DNA of 64,000 bases. It comes from the human T2T-CHM13v2.0 reference genome, Homo sapiens. The stretch is from assembly GCF_009914755.1 (NCBI RefSeq), contig NC_060947.1, one strand, 5' to 3'. Of this stretch, positions 1-11,492 are shown piece after piece. Under the pieces are notes generated by a model that was not told the DNA's origin, ran no database searches, and saw only the letters and a list, made by a program, of their open reading frames with translations. Numbering within the stretch: the first letter of the stretch is position 1; each line of letters starts with the position of its first letter. A program made the position numbers and the translations under genes.

Positions 1-2995
1 GTTCCCAGATGCATTGGAGCTCCATTGTATGTTATTTATTTCTTTTCTCTTGCTACCTTAATGATCCTTTCTTAGTCCTTGATCTTTGGGAGTTTGATTA
101 TCAAATTCCTTGAAGTTGTCTTCTTTGGGTTAAATCTGCCTCGTGTTGTATAATCTTCTTGTATGTGGATATTGATACATTTTCTTTAAGTTTGGAAAGT
201 TCTCTGTTATCCCTTTAAATAAACTTTCTATCCCCATCTCTTTGTCTACCTCCTATGTAAGGCCAATAATTCTTACATTTGTCCTTTTTGAGCCTTTTTT
301 TTTTTTTTGAGATATAGTCTCTCTCTGTCTCCCAGGATGGAATACACTGCAACCTCCACCTCCCAGGTTCAAACTATTCTCCTACCTCAGCCTCCTGCAT
401 AGCTAGGATTATAGGCATGTGTCACCACGCCCTGCTAATTTTTGTATTTTTAGTAGAGACAGGGTTTTGCCATGATGGCCAGGCTGGTCTTGAACTCCTG
501 ACCTCAGGTGACCCACCCACCTCGGCCTCCCAAAGTGCTGGGATTACAGGCATGAGCCACCACACCCAGCCTTTTGGAGCTATTTTCTAGATCCTGTAGC
601 TGTGCTACATTTTTTAAATTCTTTTTTCTTTTGTCTCCTCTGACTGTGTATTTTCAAATAACCTGTCTTCAAGCTAACTGATTTTTTCTGCTTGACCAAT
701 TCTGCTATTAAAAGACTTTGATGCATTCTTCAGTATGCCAATTACATTTTTAACTCCACACTTCCTGCTTGATTATTTTTAATTATTTAAATCTCTTTAT
801 TACATTTTTCTGATAAAATTCGGAGTTTCTTTTCTGTGTTATCTTGAATTTCTTTTAGGTTTCCTCAACATAGCTGTTTTGAATTATCTGTCTAAAAAGT
901 CATATATCTCTGCTTCTCAAAAATTGTTCCCTGGTGTATTATTTAATTCATTTGATGAGGTCATGTTTTTCTGGATGTTGTTGATACTAGTAGATGTTTT
1001 TCAGTGTCTGGGCATTGAAGAGTTAGGTATTTATTGTAGTCTTCACTTTCTAGGTTTATTTGTAGCCATTCTCCTTGGAGAGGCTTTCCAGATATTTGAA
1101 AAGACTCGGATGGTGTTATCAAAACTGTTTCTGCTTAGAGGGCATGCCAAGCCCAGTAACACTATGTTTCTTGCAGACTCATTGATGGTCTTGGACAATA
1201 TCAGGGAGAAATCTATGGATTACAAAGTGGAGACTCTTGTTCTCTTTTCTTACTCTCCCTCAAACGTACAGAGTCTCTTTCTCTGTTCTGAGTCACCTAA
1301 AGCTGGTAGTAGAGTAATACAAGTTCCCTTGTGGCCACTACCACCATGACTGTGCTGGGTCAGACCTGAAGGGAGCATAGCACTGGGTCTCACCCATGAC
1401 CTACTGTAACCATTCCCTGGCTATGGCCATGTTTCCTCAAGGGTCTGAGGCTCTGCAGTCAGCACATGCCAAAGCCCATTAGGCTAATTTTCTCCCTTCA
1501 GGGCAATGAGTTTCTCTCTGCGTAGCTGGTTCCAGAAATGTTATCCAGGAGTCACGGAGTAGGGTAATAAACCTTAGAAGTCTAGTTGATGTTCTATTTT
1601 ATAGTACCTGGGTGGGGAGACACAGTGCTTTCCCCTCTTCCTTCCCCTTTCCAAAGGCAAGGAACTTCACCCTGTAGCCACCACTACCACAGGCCACAGT
1701 GAGTGCTGCCAGACTACTGCTGGTATTTCCTTAAGGCCCAAGGACTTTGAAGTCAGCTTGTGGTGAATGCTGCCTAGCTGGAACTCACGCTGCCAGACAG
1801 TGGGCTCCCTTCTGGCCCAGGGCTGGTCCAAAGATGCCATCCAAGAGACAACTCGTGGAATAGGGGACTCCAAGAGCCTGGTTGGTGCTCTACTCTTCTG
1901 TGGCCATGCTGGTACATAAGGTGCAAGACAATGTCTCCTTTAATTTTCCCTCTGCTTTTGTCAAGCAGTAGAAGTTTCATCTTATAGCAACCACAGCCAG
2001 TAACATACTGAGTCTCACCTGAAGACAGCAATTCTCAGAGGCTCACACAAGGCCATCAGTGTAGTACCTGTGTATCACTACTGGTAATTAAAGGCCCAAA
2101 AGCTCTTTATTTAATAGATGATGAATCCTGTCAGGATTGGGTTGTTCCCTTAAAAGCAGTGGACTCTCTTCTGCTCCAAGGTATGTCTAGAAATGTTGTC
2201 TGGGTTCTGGGGCCTGGAAAGGCAGCCTCATGACTCTGCCCAGTGCCTTATCCTGCTGTGGCTGAGCCGATATCCAAGATGCAAGAAAAAATCCTTCCCA
2301 CTCTTCCCTCTCCTCTCCTCAAGCAGAAAAAAGGGGTCTGTTTGGAGCCATGAACTGTGAAGCCTGGGTCTGGGTGGTGGGATTGATGCCAGCACTCTCT
2401 TAGCCATGCCAGCTGGTGTCTCAGTGGGTTTCATGCCCTCCCCCAACGCCTAACCTTATCCCCTGTCTCTAAGCCCAGCTCAGCACTAGGGCTTGCCTAG
2501 GAGTTGCAGCCCTTATTACCTAGACTGCCTTTAAAGTTTAATTAGAGCACAGCGCATTTTATCATGTGTTCTTTAGGTTATTAGAACTCAAGATCAGATT
2601 GCTAGGATTGACAATTCCCCTCTGGTTAGGGCTGGTTTAAATGCTCCCTGCATGGGTGGGTGATAGCTGAGTTTGGTCTGGTTCTCCTTTCTGCTCTAAC
2701 AGGACAGCAATGAGTTCAATGCCTCACAGTTGGCTGTGCTCTCCCTCCCCTAGCACCCAGAGACACTCTCAGCACCATGCAGCCACTGGTGGGTGTTGGG
2801 GAAGTTGGTGTTATTGATCCTGTTTCTTTTCCCTCTTCAGTGCCTATTTCAGCTATATGGAGTTAAAACCAGGCACTATGAAGGCTCACATGATTTTTGA
2901 TTCTTGTGATGTTGTTTTTTCCTGCGTAGTCATTAAATTGGTGTCCTTTCACGGGGGACGATTGGTGGATCTTTCTATTCTGCCATCTTGCCACT
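1..2995 (-). mobile_element. LINE-1 (L1MA1-3/L1M1-like) 5'UTR + ORF1 part, runs off window start, interrupted by an Alu
   Basis: Reverse complement of 2960-2995 reads AGTGGCAAGATGGCAGAATAGAAAG, an L1 5' end. The region is homologous in antisense to the L1 at 11493-14150. Confidence 0.9.
295..571 (-). mobile_element. AluS (Sx/Sz-like) with ~20-bp deletion in right arm
   Basis: Poly-T followed by antisense Alu ending CACACCCAGCC. Approximate TSD TTTTTGAGC (285-293) / TTTTGGAGC (572-580). Confidence 0.95.
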
Positions 2996-4365
2996 GTTCA
3001 AATTTTTGATGCTAAAGATTCTTTACATCTTAGCAAAGTGCCTGCAACTATCCGAAATAAATAAATGAATTAAAAATTACTGAATCAAATATATAAAGTA
3101 ATTTTGCACCATATCCTGTCAATACAGATGCCCCTGAAATTTATTTCAAAAAGTATAATCACGATCAAAATTCTTGATGCTTCCTTCAGATATTTTTATC
3201 TTAAAAACACAGAAACCAAAACCAGCTGTTCTCAATAGATTGGAAGAGCACAGCAGAGCCGTTTAATTTCTAGGCAGCCATCTTAAAGGCACATGGCTCT
3301 TGAAGTGGTGTCTGTTGTTCTCATCGCATATTTGATAATGCTTACAGGAACCACAACAAGTTCAATAAGATTAAAGAAATTAAATTGTGTCCAAAATAGG
3401 CACTCCTCATTTACATAATATGTAGCACTTCTGACAGAAGTTACCACCTATGAAATCTATTAATTTTTCAGCATATTTTTATTATTAAAAGAAAATTCAG
3501 GATGTGTCTTTAAAGAAATGCCAAACTAAAACTCTATCTGACATTCTGTAGTGTTGTATGTCCAAAAGGATTGATTTTTATATCAAAAGTGAACACAAAC
3601 TAATAAAGTAAAATTTCTGTGTGATTTTTCCACTGAATCCAATGATCTGACTCTGACATCATTTCCCATAGAAGAGTTCTAAAGGCATTTTGAGCAACGA
3701 CACCATTATAAGGCTATGTGTATATTCTACCAGGGGGACTGCTTGGAAGAATAACACTCATTTAGATGTATAAATCCTGTTTTGTTTTCTTTTAAAATGT
3801 CCAATTATTTCTATTGCTGCCTCATCCATACTCTCATATATCTTTTTAATGCCTATCTGCAGATTTTCCTTAAAATAAATGTACTGTTGGGAAAAATGCC
3901 TTTGAAATTTCAGGTTCAAGATAGTCCTTTCCAATTAATAAAGTTAAGCTAGTATTAAAAGTCCCTACTTGTTAGAGTTATGTAAATAAGATTCATGCTG
4001 AGTGTTGGCAGGCAGCTATAATGGAAAAAAAAAAAAAGGCCTACACTAGGCCTCAGACACCTTAATTCTAGAATTGGTTTTACTTTGTATTATCAAGAAA
4101 ATGTGGATAAATCACTTAATAATTACATTCACTCATTCTTCCGTCGCTCATTTGTTCATTCACTTACCTCCACTGCATTTTTTAAAACATGAAATGCTCA
4201 CTAAATTGTTGTCATTCTGGTGATTAAAAAAATTGGTAAAATATGGTCTCTTCTCAAAAATTGTTTGCAAGTAAGTGAATAAAATTACAAACTTTTTCAA
4301 CATTAAAATGAAAAACTCTTACCTGCCGTACGTACCTTATTAATGCATTGTATCTAATGAAAGGG

Positions 4366-4789
4366 TGCTATGGCTTAAATACAATTTGTCCCCATCCAAA
4401 CTCATGTTGAAGCTTGGTCCCCAATGTAGCAGTGTTGGGATCTGATGCCTTTAAGAGGTGTTTAGCTTGTTAAGATAGATAAATGTCCTCTCAAACTGGA
4501 TTAGCGCTTGTGGGAATTGACTATTCCCAGGAGCGCAGGTTGTTCTAAAGGGAGGTTGTGTCGTCTGTTGGCCTCTTTGTGTGTGTGCACTTTCCCTTCT
4601 CTTCTATATTATGACACAGCATAATATTCTATATTACGCTTCTATATTATTAACCAGAAGCCTACCAGATGCATCTGCCCAGTCTTGGGCCTCCCAGCCT
4701 CCAGAATTGTGAGCTAAAAAGACCTCTTTCTTTTTTAAAGTATCCGGTCTCAGGTTTTCTGTTAGAGCAACAGAACAGTGACTAAGACA
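4366..4789 (+). mobile_element. MaLR solo LTR (MST-family like), inserted in a MIR relic
   Basis: Termini TGCTATGG...GACTAAGACA, 424 bp, 5-bp TSD AAGGG/AAGGC. Confidence 0.88.
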
Positions 4790-4860
4790 AAGGCCTTATG
4801 TGAAACTGCTTTATGAAGTATAAGTTACTGTCCACATATTCAGGAATTAATATAAGATGC

Positions 4861-4922
4861 TATCTTAGTCTGTTCAGGCTGCTAGAATAAACTACCACGA
4901 ATTGGGTGGCTTATAAACAAAA
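4861..4922 (-). mobile_element. MLT1 LTR terminal fragment
   Basis: TATCTTAGTCTGTTCAGGCTGCTA...GGGTGGCTTATAAACAA matches an MLT1 end in antisense. Confidence 0.7.
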
Positions 4923-5494
4923 GCCAATTTCATTAAATCTGGTGTATTAATACAGGATTTTTTTTAAAGTAGTTGTTTTGTTAGTTTCATTTGAAGAGCT
5001 TGAGAACATGGAGATGGGACAAAAAAGAGAAGAGGGATAAGGATTTAGAATAACAGATAACGAGGGTGAAAATGTAAAAAAAGGAGTAGGGAAGAAGTTA
5101 TGTTGAGGTCTAGAAGAGGAGTGTTGTGAAAAGCATGAGGCTTTGAAAACATGAGAGGTGCCCTCAAAGCAAGAGTACAAGAATCCCAGGGGGAAGGGGA
5201 GTGAAAGAAAGGGAAGATGGAGTGGAGTATAAGAATGTGAGTGACATAGTTTTGTTCTGAGTGGTTTCTCAAAAATATATGGAAATTTTTCTTAGTGTAA
5301 AGCAGCAGACTTCAGTTCCTATCTAGCTCAATTATTTTTTTAGTTGCAAGAAAGTAGTGACAAAAGTACACCCCAAGAAGATCAACATTAAGGAAAAAGT
5401 AGATTTCTGATAAGAACACAGGAGAATCACACAGAAATCTTTGCAGGAAATAAAGCTAGAATTTACAGAAAATAGGAAATGATCAGGCTATTTT

Positions 5495-5630
5495 TCTCCT
5501 TACTTTTTCTTGACTGTCTCCCTCTCTCGGTCCTCTCATTCTCTCTCTGTGTTTCTCTCTCTCTGTCTCTCTCTATCTCTGTCTCTCCCTCCCTGCCTTC
5601 CCCCTTTTCTCTTTTCTTTTCTTCCTGCCA
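5495..5630. repeat. CT-rich low-complexity tract
   Basis: Degenerate (CT)n pyrimidine run. Confidence 0.8.
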
Positions 5631-5774
5631 TGTTCTTTTACTCTGAGGCCACATAGGATCTCTTCTCAGCTTCTTTCTCTATATCAGCCATGTTCCTTCC
5701 TCTCTATAGACTATTTTAACTGTTTGCGTGTGGGCTACCACATGCCTGCTCCCAACTCTACGGGGCTTTTCTCA

Positions 5775-5995
5775 GTGGATTCAGGAGGCCTGGGTTCAAA
5801 TCCTGAATCCACTTTATCTGTGTCACTTTGGCCAAGTCGCTCAGGAACCTCTATGTTCCTCCATTTCCATATCTGTAAAATGGAGGTGATAAAAACACCA
5901 ACTTTTTACTGGATTACGGTGAAGATGAAGTATGTTAATTTATGTAAAATGCTTTAGGAAGTGCTTGACCCATAATAAGTACTTCACAAATTATT
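5775..5995 (+). mobile_element. MIR SINE
   Basis: CCTGGGTTCAAATCCTG B-box-like motif, core ATCTGTAAAATGGAGGTGATAA, MIR-type tail. Confidence 0.85.
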
Positions 5996-7384
5996 TTACA
6001 TCATAATTATGTCATTTAGGCTCTCCAGAGAAAATCAACTCAGGCTTTTTAGCCAATTCCAATTTTCTAAAGGAGAGACTATTGGTTCAGATCGGACACT
6101 AACTTGCTGTCCAGCCTTGACCAGCACTCTTCCATACTAGGCATTTCAGTTTCTTCAAAAATAAAATCAGAGGGTGGAATTTGATGTATCCAAAGATACG
6201 TGTTAGAGTTAAGATTCTGTGATTCTATTACATGGTTTCCCTTTAACTGAACAAATTCAGACATGCATTAAATCTTATTTACTATGTAGTTCCTAGGATC
6301 CTTTATAAATAATACACATTAAGCAATTAAGTTCCAAAATTAAAGGTAAATGTAAATCATAACAGATATAAATATATTCTCAAGTTCCCCACGATCTGTA
6401 CCCAACTCCTGGGGGAAGGAGATTAAATTTAGCTGCATTTCTGTAAGACTTTAAAACATAAAGCATTGATTTGGCATACCAAATACACCCCATAATAAAT
6501 ATGCATTTGCTTAGAAACTGAAGCAGTTTTGATAGAGACTGGCTGGAAGAATTAAAATGGAAAAGAAAATTAGCAAGAAGAAGTGAGTGGAGGAATGAAG
6601 AATTAGCAATCTGCATAGTTTCCGTTAGTACCTATTAGGAAAACAGAATCTGGCCATGTGGTGCCATTATTCCACAGGCTGATGAGATGAGCAGAGAGGG
6701 CGTAAGTGTAAATAAATGTAACTGTATTTTTCACTTTGCATTGTGCTATATGTTTCCAAAGGGAAAGCATCCCTTTTGACTATGTAATTTTCTTGCTATG
6801 CACACAACACCAGAGGACATTACCAGCCTTGGAAAACTGAGACGCAGCATACCGATTAATAAACTAGTTTAGTGCAAGGCCCTCCTGGTGGGATTTTCAG
6901 AGCTGCCAGATTGAAAGCGCTGCCAGTTTACAAAAGGAGACGCTTCATTAGCTAAAGCCAATAGAGGCTCCTTTCTCCAGCCAAAGCTCCTAGCTTCACA
7001 GGGAAATGAAAGCTGCTCATCTGTGGGTTGGGAGGGTGTGTGTGTGGGTGGTGGTGGGCTGTTATATATTCAGAGTGTTCTCTAAAGCACTTTAGACTAG
7101 AAATCTCAAAAAATATTTGGATTATCCATAATGCTTTAACTGTAAAAAACTAAGTGCTTAAATGTGTTATTCTTTTTCCTTTAGTTACTCACTGATTAGT
7201 TCTAGCGATCGATAACACTGAACTCTAAATATCTGTGTATAGGAGTTCATAAAAAGGTCATGGTTAATGGAAATAGTAAAAGGGACATTGCTGCAACCAT
7301 TTCAAAAACGTCAATCTAATTGTGACTCCTTGTAAATCTAATTTGTACCCATCACATATTTAAAATTATATTAAAATGTGGGTA

Positions 7385-7512
7385 ATAAAGATGTTTTGAA
7401 ACTAGATAGAGGTGGTAGTTGCACAACATCGTGAATGTATTAAATGTTACTGAATTGCTATCTTTAAAATGGTTCATTTATGTTATGTGAACTTCACATT
7501 AATAAAAATAAA
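7385..7512 (+). mobile_element. L1MB/MC-type 3' end fragment
   Basis: GGTGGTAGTTGCACAACATCGTGAATGTATTAAATG...TTATGTGAACTTCACATTAATAAAAA. Confidence 0.8.
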
Positions 7513-8334
7513 GAACAAAAAATGTGCAAATGGGTGTTTTTAATAAGTTTATAATTTCTGTTTTCTTTTGAGTATGATGAAGTTAATATTTTGCAGTTTG
7601 TAATGAAATGTAAAACTCTCATTCTTTTGGTCCCTTTGGAAGCTACATCTGGTCTGTGTTGAATGCCCATCTACAAAAAGCACAATTTGAAATGAATCTG
7701 GTATGATGTTGCTGAAGTGATATTGCCACTTCTTTGAAAGTGACATCTACATTGCATAAAATATTTCTCTTTTTTGTTCCTCCTGAACTCTTAATATTTC
7801 TTTTGGTGATGGAGGCTGATTTAACCCAGAGATGTTGGAGCAACTTGAAGGTAGTATGTTAAAATAGGCTGGGTGCACTTGATCTGTGGCCCACAAGTGG
7901 TAAAACCTAGGGCAAGTCCTATGTCCTTTCTAATAACCAGTTGCCTAATCTGTATAATAAAGAAGTGAAGTAGATGCTAAGAGCCCTTCCTTTTCTAAAA
8001 TGAAGACGCTCTGTTGTCTCTGTAAGCAACTTTCCAATAACCAGTGTTAGTGTATTTACTGTGAATATCAACTAGATGCCTTGTGTGGGGCTTTGGTTCT
8101 ACAAATAATTGAAAGGTATGTTGCATACCCTTGTTTACTTTATAGTATGTTATCTCAGTTCTAAAGCAAAATTAAGTTCTGAGTTGTTTGATACAAGGTT
8201 CAGTGTTTCAAGCAATCAAAAAAGATAAAGATAAATGATGACTGGAGGTATGGATTCTGGATGAGTTGGAACTTCAGTTGGACATGGAATAAAGCATAGG
8301 AATTAAATAGGCTGCAAAGGAAAGGTCAATTTCC

Positions 8335-8455
8335 TCTGTTCTATAAATAAGGAAATAGAGGTTCAAAGTTAAAAGGACTTCACGGTGATAAACAGCTAGT
8401 AAACAATGGAAAGATTTTAACCTTGGCTTTTGTGGTGCCAAAGACTCTCCACTTA
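8335..8455 (-). mobile_element. MIR fragment
   Basis: Antisense core ATAAATAAGGAAATAGAGGTTCAAAGTTAAAAGGACTT. Confidence 0.6.
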
Positions 8456-8484
8456 ACACCTTCCTACTTGTATTATTTCAGTCA

Positions 8485-9300
8485 ATATTTCATTCATTTT
8501 ACAAGTACATTTAGATTCTACTATGCGTCAGACACTAAGCCAAGCTCTGAAGTAGAAAAGTATATAGGACATAAGTGGTTCTTCCCTGATGGAACTCACA
8601 GTCTGGTGGAAGAGACAGAAAATAAACAAATAATTATAGAAATTTAAAGTTAAAAACTGTGATTAAGAGTGATGAAGTAACAGGAGAAGGTGTTAGGAGA
8701 GAATAACAGGACTTCCCTAATTCAGACTGGGAGCTCTTGAGGACTTTCTTAAAGAAATGATATTGGCCCGGCGCGGTGGATCACGCCTGTAATCCCAGCA
8801 CTTTGGGAGGCCGGGGCGGGTGGATAACGAGGTCAAGAGAGCGAGACCATCCTGGCTAACACACGGTGAAACCCCATCTCTATTAAAAATACAAAAAATT
8901 AGCCGGACGTGGTGACGGGCGCCTGTAGTCCCAGCTACTCAGGAGGCTGAGGCAGAGGAGAATGGCATGAATCCGGGAGGCGGAGCTTGCAGTGAGCCGA
9001 GATCGCGCCCCTGCACTCCAGCCTGGGTGACAGAGCGAGACTCCGTCTCAAAAAAAAAAAAAAAAAAAAAAAAAGAAAAGAAAAGATATTTACTCTGAGA
9101 GATGAAGTCAGGTAGAAAGAAGTACGCAGGGAAAAAGTAGTGGGAAAAAGTACTCTTCTTTTCTATGCAAAAAGAAGAGCATGTGTGAAGGACTTGTAGC
9201 AGATAAAAGCTTCACTTCTTTCAGAAAAAGAAAGAAAAGCAGTGCAGCTCATGTGCAGACACGAGGAAGCAAATAACCAAGAATAAATGTGAAGAGGTTC
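8485..9300 (-). mobile_element. L2 LINE 3' part, split by AluY
   Basis: CATTCATT...CTACTATGCGTCAGACACT...CTCACAGTCTGGTGG is an antisense L2 tail. Confidence 0.75.
8765..9076 (+). mobile_element. AluY, full length
   Basis: Diagnostic GACCATCCTGGCTAACAC and GGCGGAGCTTGCAGTGAGCCGAGATCGCG, CpG-rich, long poly-A. TSD AAAGAAATGATATT / AAAGAAAAGATATT. Confidence 0.97.
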
Positions 9301-9404
9301 ACATTATCTTAACAAGGTTGCTTGACATCCTGTGACGTGTAGTGATTTCAGTTAACCCATCAGTGGTCCCTGGATATTAGCAGACACCACACAGAATCAG
9401 AAAA

Positions 9405-11490
9405 TACTTTCATTATGTATTCTTTTCTGTCTGGCTTCCTTTGCTCAACATGCTGTTATATGTTTTTGTAGTTTGTTCATTTTCATTGCTGTATACTGTT
9501 TCATTTTGTTATTACCCTACAACATATATATGTATTTTTTCTTGTTGTTGTTGATGATGAACATTTGGGGAGTTTCAACATTTGGCCTCTTAAGAAGAAT
9601 GCTGCCATGGATATGTCTGTACATGTCTTTTGGTAAAAATATACACTCATTTTGTTGGGTCTAGGAGCAGGATTGCTAGATCATAGAATTTTCATATATT
9701 CAGCCTTAGCACGTAGTCCTAACACTGTTCCAACGTCATAGAATTTGCACATCTGCAAGCAATGCATATAAATCCTGTTTTTTCCTTCTCACCAATAGGT
9801 GGAATTCCCTCAGTTTGTTTGTTTGTATTTTAATTTTAGCCACTCTGATGTATAGAATTATCACACTGAGGTTTTAATATACACTTCTCTGAATAAAAAT
9901 TAGTTTAGGCATCAAGATTAAACATTACATTTTTATTGGCTATTTGGTTATACTCTTTGGTGACTTGCCTTTTTAAATTGTATTCATTTTTCTATTAGAT
10001 TTTTTGACTTCTTATTATTTGTAGTTCCTGAAATATTTTGGATTCAGGTCCTTTGAGATATATATATATATATAAAATTTTCTCCCACTTTGTAACTTAC
10101 TACTTCACTCTTTTAAGCATACATTTTGTAGATTATACATTTTTAACTTTAATAAGATACAGTGAATCAACTTTTTTTTCTCTATGGAAAATGCTATTTA
10201 TGTCCTGTTGAAGAAATCTTTGCCTACTCCAGATCACAAAGACTTTTTTTTAATTTTTTTTTTATTTTAGTTATATTTTATTTTTATTTTTATTTTATTT
10301 ATTTATTTATTATTATATTATCCTATAGCTTCTCTCAAATGCTTTATTGTTTTAGCTTTCATTTTCAGATTTTTGAGACATCTGGAAATAATTTTTGCGT
10401 ATCAGATGAGATAGTTTTCATATAAAAATTTCCAATTTCCAAGCACCATTTACTTAAAATAGCAACCTTTTCCTACTATACTGTAGGGGCACCTTTGTCA
10501 TAAGTTACCTTAACATATATATGTGGGCTACTTTCTGGGCTCATCATTGGGTTATTTTTCTATTATTACACAAATACTACTCTGTCCAAATTACAGTGGA
10601 TTTATAATTGTTGCTGTCTAGTAATTATACTGCATGTTAGATATTTCGATATTCTTGAGTAATTTTGCCCCATTGAATTTCCATGTAAGTTGTGGAATTA
10701 TCACACAAACACACATACGCAACTTGCAAAGATTTTTATTAACATTTTATTGATGATTGAGAGAATTTACAACATAGAGTTTTTAATGAGTGAAAATGGT
10801 ACACCTTTTCGTTTACTTGATGTTTTTCAATTTATCTCAGTAGTGATTTGTAATTTTCAGTGTATAAGACTTACATATTTTCATTAAATTCATCGGTAGA
10901 TATTTAAGATTTTAAATTTTATTTTATACTTAATCACATTTTTATTTTTTTCTAATTATTTGATGCTAATGCATAGAAATAGAATTGTTTTACTATCAAT
11001 ATTAAGCTTAATGCTAGTATCATTTCCACATTCTCTTACTGATTTTAAAAGTTTGTCTGAAGATAGGATTCTTTTTCTTTTTCAATATACATAATTATAT
11101 CATCTGCAAAAACTGAGTTTTATTTCTTGGCTTTCAATACTTATGACAAATATTTCTTTTCATTGCATTTTACACTAATGAAGAACATCAATAAAATTTT
11201 AAATAAAACTGATGAGTCCTAATGACATGGTGAAATCTTTAAACATGTCACAATTAAGTATGAAATTTGTTGCGTGTGTGTGTGTGTTTCTAGATACTCT
11301 TTTTAAATTAAGAACATTCCCTTCAATTTCTATCTTTATAAAAAAGTTAATCATAAATTATTTGAAATCTTATCAAGTAGTTTCTGCATTTACAGAGATT
11401 TTTTTCCTCATGTCATTCTTTTAATAGTGTGAATTAAAGTGATAGAATTTTCAAAGGTAAACAATCCTTGTACTTCTGAAATAAAATCCA
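9405..11490 (-). mobile_element. Old L1M (MC/MD/ME-type) 3'UTR/ORF2 fragment
   Basis: Antisense L1 motifs TCTGGCTTCCTTTGCTCAACAT, AGCACCATTTACTTAAAA, ATTATATCATCTGCAAA. Confidence 0.8.
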
Positions 11491-11492
11491 TA

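Noticed and set aside
879-1349. 156-aa plus-strand ORF
   Set aside because: Antisense to L1 ORF1/5'UTR, TTG start, no independent protein features.
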